Shown piece by piece: positions 36,432 through 50,120 of a stretch of DNA of 64,000 bases. The translations under genes were made by a program, and so were the position numbers. Each line of letters starts with the position of its first letter. Position 1 is the first letter of the stretch. This DNA is from Podarcis muralis (Eukaryota), in contig NC_135667.1 in the NCBI RefSeq assembly GCF_964188315.1, forward strand, positions 25,978,001 to 26,042,000, given 5' to 3'. Below the pieces are notes generated by a model. The model made no database searches and had not been told where the DNA came from. It saw only the letters and a program-made list of their open reading frames with translations.

Positions 36432-37091
36432 ACTCACACCAGACAGAAAAGAATCCCTTATATTCTCAAATATAAGAAATGACTCACAAATACAGATCAG
36501 ACCCTTTGATCCTCCTCTTTATGATAATCTCTCTAATGTGAACACTTGCTCACAGTGATTCAAAATGCTGCATGGCCAGAAGCACGTTATCCAATTCATA
36601 CACTAGTAAATTTGGGTTGGAGTTAGAGGGCTGATGAAAATGTGCACAGGGAAATAGTGATTGCTGTCAAAGAATGAACAAAAATGTGGAAGCACACAAT
36701 TTTATATGGAATTCGTCTTTGACACTGACTACTTAACTCAGTTTTGAAATGATTTTTTTAAATAAAAAAATCTCCTTTTTCTCTCTTACCATAATTGGGA
36801 ACAAGACAGAAAATGTACATTTTAAAGCAAATTCAACTTAACATATTATGCTTGCACATTTTCTTTCTGTTTCTAATTTTCTTTAAATTAAGTTTTTAAT
36901 TGTCCAGAGTTTGAAACATAGTTTTATGAATGTTTTACACTGCTACTATTGTCTGCTATATAGAATGCTCTTTTAATTTTAATTTTGTTATATATATATA
37001 TATATATATGCTTTCGTAGATTTTCACGGGTATAGGTATGCAGGTTTTGGTGTCCTCGGGTGTCTTCCCGTGTAAAAGTTGGGGTGTCTAG

Positions 37092-37129
37092 GCGACGTTT
37101 CGACGAGGTCTCACTCGTCATCTTCAGGC
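37092..37129 (-). ncRNA. Minimal hammerhead motif, mirror copy of 38647-38684
   Basis: Reverse complement of the right-arm motif. Confidence 0.55.
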
Positions 37130-37534
37130 TGGTGCTTTCGGCTTCTTGTTACTGGAACAGAGCAGGATCTCAGTGTTTGAGTTCCTATAAATACTGTTGA
37201 GGGGTGTGGTGTATAGCCTCCAATGTTCTGGGCCGAGAGGAAGTTCCCAGGCTAGTGTGCCTTTTCTTCTTTTGTTCCTTAGTTGCTTGAGGGATATCTT
37301 GAGTGATTTCTTGAGTGATATCCTGAGTACCACTTAGGTGGGTCATTAGGTGTGGATTAGTTGCTAAAGCCTTTGTGTCTTGACCTCTTGAACTTTGTGA
37401 AGAGTTTTTCTGAGAAGATGGCTGTAGTTGTGCTCTGGCTTGGCTTCGTGTATAGGGGCGAGCTGTGGTTTTGTGGCCTGTGCCAGCCAGATCTGTGTAG
37501 GGATTGCAGGGGGGTGCAGCATCCGGAGGTGCCA

Positions 37535-38040
37535 TCATGGTTTGGCTACTGGATGGTGTCTGTAATTTATCTGTGGAGAGGGTCTGGGTTTGGGTCTGGT
37601 GTGGTTGATTGGTGATGCGTTCTGTGTGCCTCTGGATCTGGTGTCAGTTTTTGTGGGGAGGGCTAATTTCCAGATGTCTGGCAAGCGGGATGTGTCGTCA
37701 CGCTTGTTCATGTTGTGAGGGTGTTTCTCTATCTCGATGGCTTCCATGATTATTCTCTTGTGGTGATGTTCCATGTTAGAGAGCAATTTGGAATCTGCAA
37801 AATTAATTTCGTGTCCTGTTTCTTTCATGTGTTGGAAAAGAGAGGAAGTTTTTTCTTCTTTTTTGACGGCATTCTTGTGTTCTGCGATACGTGCATTTAT
37901 TCGTCTGTTTGTTTGTCCAATGTACGTGGCTGGGCAGACTTTGCAGGGTATTTCATAGACCCCTTGGTTTTCCAACTGGATTTCATCCTTGGGGTTTCTG
38001 AGGATATTGGCTATCTTTTGGTTGGCGCAAAAGGCTGTTT
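37535..38040 (-). pseudogene. GIY-YIG endonuclease C-terminal fragment of the Penelope ORF
   Basis: Frame open from the junction: TAFCANQKIANILRNPKDEIQLENQGVYEIPCKVCPATYIGQTNRRINARIAEH...; RT domain absent. Confidence 0.88.
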
Positions 38041-38646
38041 TGATAGAGAAACACCCTCACAACATGAACAAGCGTGACGACACATCCCGCTTGCCAGACA
38101 TCTGGAAATTAGCCCTCCCCACAAAAACTGACACCAGATCCAGAGGCACACAGAACGCCATCACCAATCAACCACACCAGACCCAAACCCAGACCCTCTC
38201 CACAGATAAATTACAGACACCATCCAGTAGCCAAACCATGATGGCACCTCCGGATGCTGCACCCCCCTGCAATCCCTACACAGATCTGGCTGGCACAGGC
38301 CACAAAACCACAGCTCGCCCCTATACACGAAGCCAAGCCAGAGCACAACTACAGCCATCTTCTCAGAAAAACTCTTCACAAAGTTCAAGAGGTCAAGACA
38401 CAAAGGCTTTAGCAACTAATCCACACCTAATGACCCACCTAAGTGGTACTCAGGATATCACTCAAGAAATCACTCAAGATATCCCTCAAGCAACTAAGGA
38501 ACAAAAGAAGAAAAGGCACACTAGCCTGGGAACTTCCTCTCGGCCCAGAACATTGGAGGCTATACACCACACCCCTCAACAGTATTTATAGGAACTCAAA
38601 CACTGAGATCCTGCTCTGTTCCAGTAACAAGAAGCCGAAAGCACCA

Positions 38647-38684
38647 GCCTGAAGATGACGAGTGAGACCTCGTCGAAACGTCGC
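38647..38684 (+). ncRNA. Minimal type I hammerhead motif (second Penelope family), GUC triplet
   Basis: GC-CUGAAGA-U-GACGAG UGAGAC CUCGUC-GAA-ACGU-C-GC; 6-bp stem II, palindromic ACGU stem III, stem I only 2 bp. Confidence 0.55.
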
Positions 38685-39689
38685 CTAGACACCCCAACTT
38701 TTACACGGGAAGACACCCGAGGACACCAAAACCTGCATATATATATATATATATATATAGTTTTGTTTGTTAGTTGCCCTGGACTCACTTTGGGTAGGAA
38801 GGGCAGGTTATACACTTGAAATAATTGTGGTGGTGGCAGTGGTAGTGATAATATAGTCTATATGTATGGAATAACAAATTTTAATCTGATATGTGACAAT
38901 TTCAAGTTTAATTCTGAAATTATGCTGGATAATCACTAATAATATTCACTAATGTTAAAATGTGTATATTAAAAGGGGAAGGAAAATAAGAAATTTCAAT
39001 TTATAAATATCATTCATTTGGTTGTTTTCCTTGAAGTAATGTATCATTGTTTTCAAATGTTAAGTGTAGAAATATGCTTCAATGAGTTCATTTGATGACA
39101 CTTAATTTCCAAATCTGAAATGATGGTGTGTGTTTTAAAAAAAGTTTTAAAGTGCTTTAGTATTTGTCATTAATATTCATCTGTTTTTAGCCTTCTGTAT
39201 TTTACTGTGCTGTTTTCATATGTATAAGCCATATTGAGTCCTAGACTGGGAAAAGGTGAGATGATGATAGTTTTCTTTTAAAACATTTTTTTTTTAACAA
39301 TTACAAATATAAAAAAGCTTATCTAGCAGTACATCTAATGGTGTTTTTTCTATTCACACATATAACACGTGGAGTCTAATTTAAGAAAATGGGGGGAAAT
39401 GGTCCAGAGTTGTCCAGAGGTTTTTGGGGGAAGGCTTGCCTGGAGTTGTTGAGCTTTTTTTGGGGGGGGGGGTGATGCCGAAAATCACTAAACGCAGGCT
39501 GCTGCCAATTGATCACGTCAACGAACTGCAGCAACAGCCAATCCACTACAGCCTTTGCTGAAGCAACCAATCACCCACTCAATTAGCATAGCAGCTGCCA
39601 ATCCAAAGCAGCCCTTGAAGCAGCCACCAATCGCCCACCAAATTGCCGCTGACAAGTTCCTGCTCGCGGCTACAAGCAGTCACCCATCC

Positions 39690-39796
39690 CCCCCCCCCCA
39701 TTTGCTATCCGTGTATAAGATGAGGCACGGTTTTTAACATTATTTTACTGTAAAAAAAAACCAACAACCTCGTCTTATACACGGAAAAGTGCGGTG
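39690..39796. mobile_element. Degenerate end of a pogo/Tigger-like element
   Basis: ccgtgtataagatg and cgtcttatacacggaaaagtgcggtg are inverted copies of a pogo-type terminal motif; other terminus not found. Confidence 0.4.
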
Positions 39797-41612
39797 CTTA
39801 ATGTAACTTCTTCACTGACAAGACTGAGAGGTTGTTATAACAAGGTATTGATAGTGTGGTTCCTTACTGTACTTTGTTGGACAGGAAAAGCTTCCCACCA
39901 CAGTGTGTATTCCTCCCCTCCCCTCCCCTTCCCTTTTCATGGTGGCGAAGAAGCTCTGGTAACATTACAGGTATCCTAGCAGGAGGTAGCATGGAGTCCA
40001 GTGGCCATGAGACTCAGAATGAGGCATAGCCAGATAGATGGCTGTAAACAGCTCCCCACAGGATCAAAAGCAAGTATAGGAGAGAGGGTTTCCCCAGCAA
40101 GGGCTAGCTCTTTAATTAATTAATTAATTCAAAAAAAATGTACACGCCGCCCATCATCATAAATACCCACAAGACAGACATAGGATGAATAATTAAAATT
40201 ATAAAGTACAATATAGCTTATTAAAACCACAATTAAAATCTGCACCAAACCAATAGCAGAAGGCACTCCCTGTTTCCAAATAGACAACATGGATTAACTG
40301 CCTTCAAAAAACCTGGCGAAAAGAGATGTCCGAAACTCAAGTCATATTTCTCACAGGAGGGAGTCTCTTAGCCATGGTGTCACCACAGAAATCATTATTT
40401 ATTTTTATATTAAATTTATATCCACCCTTTATCTGAAGATCTCAGGGTGGTTCACAGCATGCAGGATAAAAGCATGAAAGGCCCTGTCTTAACTCACTGC
40501 CTGTAACGTACTTATTGGTGGGACAACCAGAAATCGTAGGTGGTATAACTGTTGAAAGTTGTGTGTGTGTGAGAGAGAGATTCTGTACCTTTTTTTTAAA
40601 ACTTAGGACACCAGGAAAACAGGGGGCATAAACAAGTTGTGGGATAGAGAAGTAGACATCATTTTGGAGAAACGGAGCTTGGCCTACAGTTTGCCTATTA
40701 TGGTATTGACTCCATTAACTTTATGTGCTACCACTGTGTTTGTGCTTCATCTAATCACCCTATATGTTTGCTTGCATTTCTACTCGCTCCCTGGACAAAG
40801 GTGACTCACCAAACAGTTCTGGTCCCATCTATGACCATAATTGAATAGCATTTTGACAGCCACATTGTTTGGGGATTTGTATTTCCATCCCGTATACCCT
40901 GTCAGTTTTCTCAGAGGTAGTTCAGATGATATATTTGGGCTGATATAACACATCACATTGATTGATTAGAAAAGTTCTGCACTTTTTCATGTTTGCTACA
41001 TTCCTTCTTCATCTTTTATGAGCATCACATACAAAGTATGTGGCTGATACATGAAGTATCCAGCCACCAGTGAATCAAAAGTGCCATGATGTTGGCAGAG
41101 GCACCAGCTTATGAGGGTGATGGGGGGGGGGTGCAATGTCAGGCACATGACATGACATCCTGACATCATGCATATGACGTCAGGATGTCGGGAGGTGCAG
41201 TCGAATGCAGCAGTCCCACGAATCAATGGCCAGCTCCTCCTCCGCCTCTTCTTGACACTAGCACTGACAGGAGGATGTTTCAACCCTTCTTCCCCTCCAT
41301 GGCAGAAGAAGGAGGAGCCAGCCACTGGGGACGTGCTGCACTCGGCTCCACACTTCGGCTCTGCGCTTTTAGGACATCTGGCAGCCATGGCCCTTACCCC
41401 AAAAATATAGGGGGGGGAGCACTTGGTCCCCAGGAGCCCCCCCCCCCTGGATGTAGGGAACAAGGCTACATGCTGCAAATACCTTGAGCTTATGAACTTA
41501 TATAAATAAGAGCTGTAGATCAAGAATAAAAATCTTGAATCCTTAATTTCCACAGTTTTGACCATGTGAATGGACACAGGTTTGAATTTCTTAAAGTACA
41601 TTCATGCTTCAG

Positions 41613-41899
41613 GTAAAGGTAAAGGTACCCCTGCCCATACGGGCCAGTCGTGTCCGACTCTAGGGTTGTGCGCCCATCTCACTCAAGAGGCCAGGGGCCA
41701 GCGCTGTCCGGAGACACTTCCGGGTCACGTGGCCAGCGTGACAAGCTGCATCTGGTGAGCCAGAGCCGCACACGGAAACGCTGTTTACCTTCCCGCTAGT
41801 AAGCGGTCCCTATTTATCTACTTGCACCCGGGGGTGCTTTCGAACTGCTAGGTTGGCAGGCGCTGGGACCGAACAACAGGAGCGCACCCCGCCGCGGGG
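41613..41899 (-). mobile_element. Sauria SINE, 5'-truncated, 287 bp, 13-bp TSD
   Basis: gtaaaggtaaaggt is the reverse complement of the (ACCTTT)n tail; characteristic body sequence; attcatgcttcag at 41600-41612 and 41900-41912. Confidence 0.9.
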
Positions 41900-44293
41900 A
41901 TTCATGCTTCAGAACAGTATAAATTACAATAACGTCTTGTTTATACATTTCATGGTGTGTAGAAGTCAAATAATAAAGTACTGTATAACTTTGAGCTATT
42001 ATCCTGTCAGTTGCATTTGCGAAGGCATTCTATGATCCAGTTCCTGGGTATTTAGCTCCCTTGATATCCCTTGTTAGCAGGATAACTTATACACCAAGGC
42101 AGTTCAAGCAGCATTGCTCTTCTGAGAATTCTGATGATTTTGGTAAGGCTGCATAAATTTTTCAGCATAACTTCTTGTTGGATTAGCCTTTTCTTTGATC
42201 CAACACAGTTCCAAGTTGTCTTCACAGAAGCTCTAAATTAAAAGAAAAACAGAAATTTGACTCGCTCAAAATTTAACCAAAAAGATACCATCCAGCATAT
42301 GATGAAATATTCACTGAAGTTCACATGTAGATCAGGTAAATGATGTAACTTGCTTATTTTGTGTATTTCAGGGGTTTTTGTTTGTTTGTTTTAAAAAATA
42401 AAAATGTCCTGCATTAGTTTTAGCACTTTGAAAAGGAAGTATGTTTAAGGGGAAATGTATTTCACATTTTAATCTCTGTGCAATTGGTTTTTATACTTTG
42501 TAAACCACTTTATATGCATTAAATGATGTTGATGAGGAAAGTAATGCTAAAATGGGAAATGCACATATAAATCTGCCCCAATTCTGTGAGGTAATTAATC
42601 TCTGCACAAGAATATTGGCATACACAGTGAAGCTTTTGAAAACATTTCCTAAATAGTACAAACTCTGCTTTCAAATGTGATGCAAGATTGCTACTCTTTT
42701 AGGGGAGATGTGTGCAGATCTTTCAGCTACAGGAAAGGAATCAGTATCTCTCTCTGCTGGAATTAATATCCTTAAATATAACTTTTCATATCACTGCAGA
42801 AATTAAAGCCCCCTTGTCTTCCACTTCTGAAACAGTTATGTTACTGAAATATAGCAGAAATTTTATCTGCAAGTAGTAATAGAGAAAAAACTCATGCAGT
42901 AAGGTGGGAAGGGAGGAACTTCACATTCCATTGCATTTCTTAGTTTCAGCTTTTGTATATCTGAAAGATGGTTTCTTCAACAATTATAATATACCTCTAG
43001 ATTTCAGGAAATGCATTATTTGTCCCACATTTAACAATGTGGAAAGATGGATATTTTAATGAACACAAATCTCAGACAAACTGTATGGCATGTTCAAATT
43101 TGAGTGATTTTTTTTTTTTTTTAAAGAATGCATTTTCATAGAATTAAATAATAATAATCAAGGTTTGGTAAATTCTCATGTGGAAGACTTGCAGCCATAA
43201 AATGCAATCAAAATTAATGAACAGAGTTTGGGAGAAGAGTTTCTATAGGTGTTATTACATGTAAGGTGCTGTGCTGTTTTTAGTGTAATTACTGGTATGT
43301 GTTAAACAGATTTTTTAGATGTATATAAATATATATATTAATGCTATCAATGTTTAATTGATATTTTAACTTGATTTTTTCTATTTTTAGTGGATGTTGT
43401 TTTTATATGTAATCTGCCTTGAGTCCCATCAGGGGGAAAGGTGGGGTATAAATAAACTGATGATGATGTTGATGGTGATGATATAGCCATCAAAAAATGC
43501 GAGAGAACATTCCCATGATTTTTAAGTTATTTATTATATTTGTGAGCCGCTTCATAATTTATGTTGTAATGTAAAATTCAACTTCAATTTTAAGCTTCCA
43601 TGACTGGAGACTTTTAAGACTCACTTAATACGAAACAACAAACATTTACAAGAAACAATGTGCAAATAGGATACTGACAGTGCAATCCTATGTTGATTTA
43701 CTCAGAAATAAGTCCCACTGAATTCATTGGGACTTACTTCCAATGAATGGGACTACAGACTTGTATAGGATTTCAGCTTTAAAGTTAAATCTGTCCTCTG
43801 CCTTCCACATGACACATAATATTGTGGGATGAAAACAGAAGTAGAACTTAACACCACTAAGAGGTGTTACTCTTCTACTGACATGTGCTCAAAGGTCCAC
43901 TGGTTTTGAAAATCTGCTGTCTGAAAGCACCTCAGGCTTTGTTTAAAATATAATATAAAATATAAGGTTCCTTCAAAAGTGGCATGTAAGATTTGTGCTG
44001 ATGGCCCATCTCAAATTAATAAGGTACAAGCACAGAACAAGCATTTCAAATGAAGTGAGATATAAGTGATGGGTTGGACTAGGGCCACATTTTATTTAAA
44101 CTATATCTATAGAGCAAATGAGAAGAATGGGATTCTAACTTCAGCATTGGGGAGACAAACCCTGCCAATTCTAAGGGGCATAAGAAGGCTAGGCCCCAAA
44201 GACTGGGACACACCTTATGGTCAGTAGGGGGATCTTCCTTCCTCACTCCTGGGCTTCAGAACTCTGTGCAGATGTGGCAGGTGAGCTCCAAGA

Positions 44294-45245
44294 ATGCTTC
44301 ATATCCAGGAGGTCACTGCAGCCATGGTTAAATGGGTGCAAGGCTTTGGGTACACAATAACCATGAGACAGTGGGAACATTTATGGAAAACAGATTGGAA
44401 ATTTACAGTTGCTTGCACTTTAAGAGAGAACTTCCTTAAAATGCAACATTGTTGGTATATAACCCCTTGGAAGCTCTCCAAAATGTATAAAAGTGTACCA
44501 AGCAATTGTTAGAGGTGTAAAGAAAAACCAGGTAATCTATATCACATGTGGTGGCAATGTAAAGAAATCAAGGTGTTCTGGGAGGATATCCATTCTGAAC
44601 TGGAAAAAATGTTTAAAATATCTTTCAGCAAAAAACCAGAAGCTTACCTGCTAGGAATCATAGATTTGGATATCCCTAAAAAAGCAAAAGAACTTTTTCT
44701 CTATGCTACAGTTGCAGCAAGAATGCTCATTGAAACAAATTGTAAAAGTGATAAAGTCCCTTCTAGATCAGAGTGGATTCAAAAAGTGACCGAATATGCA
44801 GAATTAGACTAGTTATCAGAAAGAATAAAAAATAAATCAAAGGAAGTATTTACCACAAAATGGGAAGTCTTTAAAATTTATTTGAAAAATAGCAATGACA
44901 GTTTGAAGTCTGTAGCAGCATTTGAATAACTTCAGTAGGAGTTTTAAATCTGATGGAAAACCTAGGATAGAATAAATAACATTAAAGCCAAAATATGCTA
45001 TAATATGGCACTGAATAACAGATGAGAAATAGAAGTAAGGAGTAGACGGGAAGTCAGCTACATAGGAAAAAGTCATTTCTATGTTAAATGTATTGTGAGC
45101 AATATTCAATGCATTGGTGTTGTTGCTATTGTTGTTTTGTATTTTTCTTTTCTTCTTTCTTTCTTAGTTGTTAGGTGATGGATATCAGTGTATCTTCATA
45201 TTTTCTTTTTGTATGTGGTGTATTAAAATGAAACAAAAACTATTT
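44294..45245 (+). mobile_element. L1/Tx1-type LINE 3' remnant (ORF2 C-terminal Cys-rich region and 3' UTR)
   Basis: WYITPWKLSKMY...C*RC...HMWWQC..IKVFWEDI translation with a premature stop; boundaries approximate. Confidence 0.75.
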
Positions 45246-45774
45246 AATTTTTTTTAAAGAATGCTTCACATCCAGTTTAAGGGCCTCACAACCTACAACA
45301 ACTGGCCTCTGCAAATGCTCTTCATGGTCAAAGGTGCCCAGGGGTGCTCACCTGATACCTTATCTAACCTTGACCTTTCCTGCACCTCCCTGTCAACAAT
45401 GTGACCAACTTAACCATGAAACAAAATTAATCAAATCAACCTATTTAACAGCATCAACCCCTAAACACCAATTTAGGCCAAAATAATTAAACAAGATGAG
45501 ACAGATATTTTCTGAAAATTATTCAGGAAATTAAAGGCAAGAATGCTAAAAACTGAAGCATAATTTAGTGCTCTTCTGATGAATCTCCAAATAATTTTGT
45601 AACGTAACCAATCTTGGAAGACTCTAGAATGAGCTACAAAGCTTCAGAGTAAAAGAAATTGCGAAACAAGGCAGTTGAGCTCTGTGGATGTCAAAGTGAA
45701 AAGGATGCATCATGCCTATTTTTTTCTGTTTTCCCTCTCATCCTTCCTATTTCCTTTTCTATTGCTGTAGATCC

Positions 45775-46752
45775 ATGGACCATAAGAATAAGAGTGTTGT
45801 CCGGGAATTCATCCTACTTGGATTTCCAACCACCATGGAACTGCAAGTGCTTCTGTTTGTGATATTCCTTGTGGCCTACATCCTGACACTCCTGGAGAAC
45901 ACAATTATCATTGTTGTGATCAAAATCAACCCTCAGCTTAACAAACCTATGTATTTCTTCCTCAGCAACCTCTCCTTCCTGGAGACATGGTACATCTGTG
46001 TTATTGTCCCAAAACTATTGGTTAACTGCCTGGTGGAAGACAAGTCCATCTCATTTGAAGGATGCATGACACAGCTCTACTTTTTCAGCTCTCTCATATG
46101 TACAGAGTGTATCCTTCTTGCTGTAATGGCATATGATAGATATGTGGCCATCTGCAATCCACTGCGCTATCCAACCATCATGACCCAGCGCCTTTGCTTG
46201 CAGTTAGCTGTGGGTTCGTGGCTAACTGGCTTCTTCGCCTCAATGCTGAAGGTTGTATTTATATCTCGCCTACCCTTTTGTGGCCCTAACATCATCAACC
46301 ACTTCTTCTGTGACATTTCACCTTTGCTAAATATGGCATGTGAGGATATGACAGTGGCTGAAATAGTGGACTTTGTCTTGGCATTGATAATTCTGCTGGT
46401 CCCACTCTCAGTTACAACAGTTTCCTATGTGTGTATCATTGGTACCATTTTGCGTATCCCAACTGTCCAAGGCAGGAAGAAGGCCTTCTCTACTTGTGCT
46501 GCTCACCTCACTGTGGTCACCATCTTCTTCTCAGCCACTCTCTTCATGTATGCAAGACCAAAGAGGATCCACCCTTTTGATCTAAACAAATTGGTTTCTG
46601 TCATATACACCATTGTCACTCCAATGCTGAACCCATTCATTTACTGTCTGAGAAATCAAGAGGTCAAGGGAGCTTTAAGAAAAGCTTTCTGTAGCACAAG
46701 TGCCCTCCCCAAAATCTCAGCACCCCTCACTAATGCTGAATGGCACAGATAG
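45775..46752 (+). CDS. OR6B1: Olfactory receptor, OR6B1-like paralog, 325 aa (MDHKNKS...)
   Basis: OR motifs intact; close paralog of 35472-36431; long polypyrimidine tract and ctgtAG acceptor ending 45770 directly precede ATG 45775. Confidence 0.93.
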   Translation: MDHKNKSVVREFILLGFPTTMELQVLLFVIFLVAYILTLLENTIIIVVIKINPQLNKPMYFFLSNLSFLETWYICVIVPKLLVNCLVEDKSISFEGCMTQLYFFSSLICTECILLAVMAYDRYVAICNPLRYPTIMTQRLCLQLAVGSWLTGFFASMLKVVFISRLPFCGPNIINHFFCDISPLLNMACEDMTVAEIVDFVLALIILLVPLSVTTVSYVCIIGTILRIPTVQGRKKAFSTCAAHLTVVTIFFSATLFMYARPKRIHPFDLNKLVSVIYTIVTPMLNPFIYCLRNQEVKGALRKAFCSTSALPKISAPLTNAEWHR

Positions 46753-48059
46753 ATTTATTTATTTATTTATTTCTCATTGAGAAATATCCTTGGACCTTTT
46801 CAATTTTCATTTGCTGGAAGAAGTATGTTGGAGAGAGTGTCATACCCATCAACTGTCCCTGAAAAACTGGGACATCCCATTTTCCTCCAGAAGACCATGT
46901 GGCCATTTTGGGCGCCACACTCTTGCGCAATTTAGAGCAGAGATCTCCTCCAGCCAAACAACATTTTTTCTAGTCCACAATCTCACACAGTGCCCCAAAA
47001 TGTGTGTTTTTCAGGTCCATGATCTCACACAGTGCTCCAAAATGTGCATTTTGGGATGATGTGCCTGAAAATAATAATTTTTCCAGGTCCATGACTGAAG
47101 CAGGAGTGCAGACCCAGGAGATGTCCCAGTTTGGGGCCATTTTGCATTGGAGAGTATGATATGTGTGAAAAAGCATTCTTAGATAACATTTTTTCTCCCA
47201 ATTTATTTTGATGCCTGAGGCAGAAAGCCCAAATATCCTTCCTTTAGTGAAGATTAAATAATCAATTTCTATTTTGATAAGAACCAAATAAATATTCAAA
47301 AGTTGATGACAATGAACACATACATGTTCATTTTTACGTGATGGGAAAAGGGTAAATTGTAACCCTTTGCCCACCATCTACAGAATTGAGTAGCATAACC
47401 AACCACTTTTTCTTTTTATTATTGTCTAGAATTAGTTCTTGTCACTTGCATCATGTCAGGAACATGATTAAGTTCTATTGTGTTAGGGATGAGCATAGCT
47501 CCTTTATTTAGATTCTTATTGTGCTATGAGCATGTTCTTCCCTGTGTGCTTCTCCTGCTGAAGCTTAAGTAGGAGCCTCTTTCTGTAATTTCTGAACATG
47601 GTACGGACAGATCTAGTAGGAAAAGAAATGGAGGGGGGAATTGTTCCATCTGTAGTTTACAACAAAGAGGCTTTTGCTGGTCCCAGACTTGTAAACATCT
47701 ATCAAGCGAGTTATGTACTTCTCTAAATTTAGAAATACAGTCTCAGGTTTGTTTGTTTTTTAAAGCATACAAAAATGTGTATTTTAGTGGGAGGGTGTGT
47801 ACAAAATAAATACTTTAGAGAAAAGTGTGTACAAGCTGTATTTGTCTGTGTGTGAACGTGCACATGTGTACATAAAAACACTTAAAAAGCATCCACAAAA
47901 TCTAGGACTGGACAGACCTATGGTAGAGCACATTTGAAACGGGCATGGAACAAAAATAGGCTGAAGGAGAAATGAATTCACTGTTCCTGTCAGTGGGTGT
48001 TGGGTATTGGTTTTATCTGCTTATATAGTATTTTTCTGATGCAAAATTCCACAAACGGG

Positions 48060-49690
48060 TAACCACCAAAGAAAAGGCCCATTCTTGCCTTGCCACCCTC
48101 TGGACTTCTCATGGAGAAGGTGCATGAAAAAGGGCCTCAGATGACTATAATAGGGTCCAGGTCAGTTCATGGGGGAGAGGTGGTCCTTGAGGTATTGCAA
48201 TCCTGAACCATTTAAGGTTTATAGGTCAAAACCAGCACTTAGAATTCGGCCCAGAAACTAATAAGCAGCCAGTGCAGTTGGGCCAGAATCAGTGTAATAT
48301 GCTCACACCATCTTGCATTCAGCCAGATCTTTCCTCCCCTTGCATGAGAGCCATCTCCCAGCTTGTTTCCTTGCCCTAAACTCTGGAGTATAATAGGAAG
48401 CGGGTGCTCAGGAATGATTGTGTCAATGGCCTGATATTCCAGAGGTTGGCCAGGATTTCAACAGTAGTGCCAGTCATATCAGCCAGAAAATCCCCCAGTC
48501 TCATCTGGAAGCCTACTGGATCCACTGGCCTCTGAGGGCAGTCCATCCATTTAGGTCCTCCGCCTATGCAAAGGGGAAAATGTGCAGGAAGCCTAAGGCT
48601 CATCAGGAAATGATCTGACCATGGCAAGGGACTGATGTCAATGTTCCCCACTTTTAGATCTCCCTCTAGCTGCCCAGTTGACCAAAAAGGTCCAGAGTGT
48701 GGCCTGCCACTTGTGTTGGGCAAGTGACATGTTGGGACAGTCCCATCGTCATCATAGCAGCCATTAAGTCCTGAGCCACTACAGAGCCAGCTGCCTCGTC
48801 ATGGATGTTAAAGTCCCCCAGAACCAGCAGAACTCAACACCACCTCTGAGACCAGCTTTGTCAGCACAGGCAGGAAAACTGCTGGGCAGTGAGTTGGCCA
48901 GTAAACCAGCATAATCCATAATCTTTTTTAAAAAAATGATATTTATTAGAGGTTTAATAGTTACAGAAAAAAGAAACAATAAAAAGTTAAACAAAACAAA
49001 ACAATACCTTACAATACATCAGAAATAGAAAGAAAAACAAAAAGCAATACAGCAAAACAACAAGAAAAACAAAAACATTTAAAAACACATCCAATATTCC
49101 GTATCTTTACCTTTCATTTACTTGTTTCATCGACCTCCTCACACCTCCCTTTTTTGTATTCTAGTTCAAATTAGCTATTTCAGTAAATCCTTTCCATCTT
49201 TCTCAATTTTTGTTCTATAATTTATCTTAACACAATCTAACCTTAAATTTTCCACTTTGGCCCATTAACAATCTATTTTTACTTAATTCTTTATAACATT
49301 TCTGCTAAAGCCATATAACTTCATTCCAGCATCCTTCTAACATTCATTAATTTTGCAATATTTCTGTAAGCATACTTTGAATTTTTTCCAATCTTCTTCC
49401 ACCGACTCTTCTCCCTGGTCTCGGATTCTGCCAGTCATTTCCACCACCAGCATAATCCATAATCTGTCCTAATTGCCCAATATCAGGAACACACATGCTA
49501 GGTTCCCCCTGCCTGCTCCTAAACTGGACAGGGAGCCTGATGAGAGAGATGGAATCTCTATAGACTACAGCAACTCCCCTTCCCCAACCCTGAAGCTGCA
49601 CTGAGTACCCAGGGGGGCGCAGCTCAGTAAGACTAACTCCACCCTGCTCACCCACCCAGATCTCACTGACAGAGTAGATAACACTTCTCA
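48060..49690 (-). mobile_element. Old L2-type LINE remnant (endonuclease region plus 3' part), interrupted by an L1 insertion
   Basis: SEIWVGEQGGV...GRGVAVVYRDS and SDHFL...DPVGFQ..LGDF translations; L2-type 3' sequence near 48060-48330; boundaries approximate. Confidence 0.7.
48925..49445 (-). mobile_element. L1-type LINE 3' fragment, 521 bp, 20-bp TSD
   Basis: accagcataatccataatct at 48905-48924 and 49446-49465; minus strand encodes an EEDWKKFK-like ORF2 end and an A-rich tail. Confidence 0.8.
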
Positions 49691-50043
49691 TTCATAATCA
49701 GGTTATGTGCAAGGGAGCTTAATCTAGTTTAGTATTTTATACCTTCACTAGCAGCTAGGAATGAGGGAATACATAAAATTCAGTTTCTACCAGTTTCTCA
49801 TTTTCCCCAAACTTTGATTTTGTTATCCAGATAGTCACATCAGTTCTTGATGGAAAAACAACAACAGTGCCTCATGAAAATTCACTAGCATGATAGCATA
49901 AATCTCTCCCCATATAATTGTTATATGTGATTTTCTCAAATACAGACTTATTCCCCCTCCCCGCAAAGCATTTCCCTGTGCAATAATGCATTTTTGTTAA
50001 CATTCTTAAATTGATTTATATGTATACTTTGCATATAAGACTA

Positions 50044-50120
50044 GAGGCTCTCCCAGCCTCACCTGGTGATGCCAGGGATTGAACCTGGGACCTTCTGCAT
50101 GCAAAGGAGATGCTCTGCGC
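50044..50120 (-). mobile_element. tRNA-derived SINE head (Squam3-like)
   Basis: Minus strand agcatctcctttgcatgcagaaggtcccaggttcaatccctggcatc (B box GGTTCAATCC). Confidence 0.65.

Larger units (their letters stand above)
37010..38739. mobile_element. Penelope-like retroelement, 5'-truncated with inversion: minus copy 37010-38041 plus inverted plus-strand copy 38042-38739, both ends in (TA)n
   Basis: GIY-YIG endonuclease domain (GVYEIPC...YIGQT.R...EH...E) on the minus strand; arms 37037-37733 and 38042-38739 are reverse complements; (TA)n at 36989-37009 and 38737-38759. Confidence 0.93.

Noticed and set aside
37989-38591. 200-aa plus-strand ORF and the duplicated 84-, 69- and 117-aa ORFs at 37124-37615 and 38161-38652
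   Set aside because: Products of the inverted Penelope arms; the 200-aa ORF is a chimera across the inversion junction
40996-41601. 201-aa minus-strand ORF
   Set aside because: Spans a GC-rich MITE-like segment and AT-rich flanks; no protein family features
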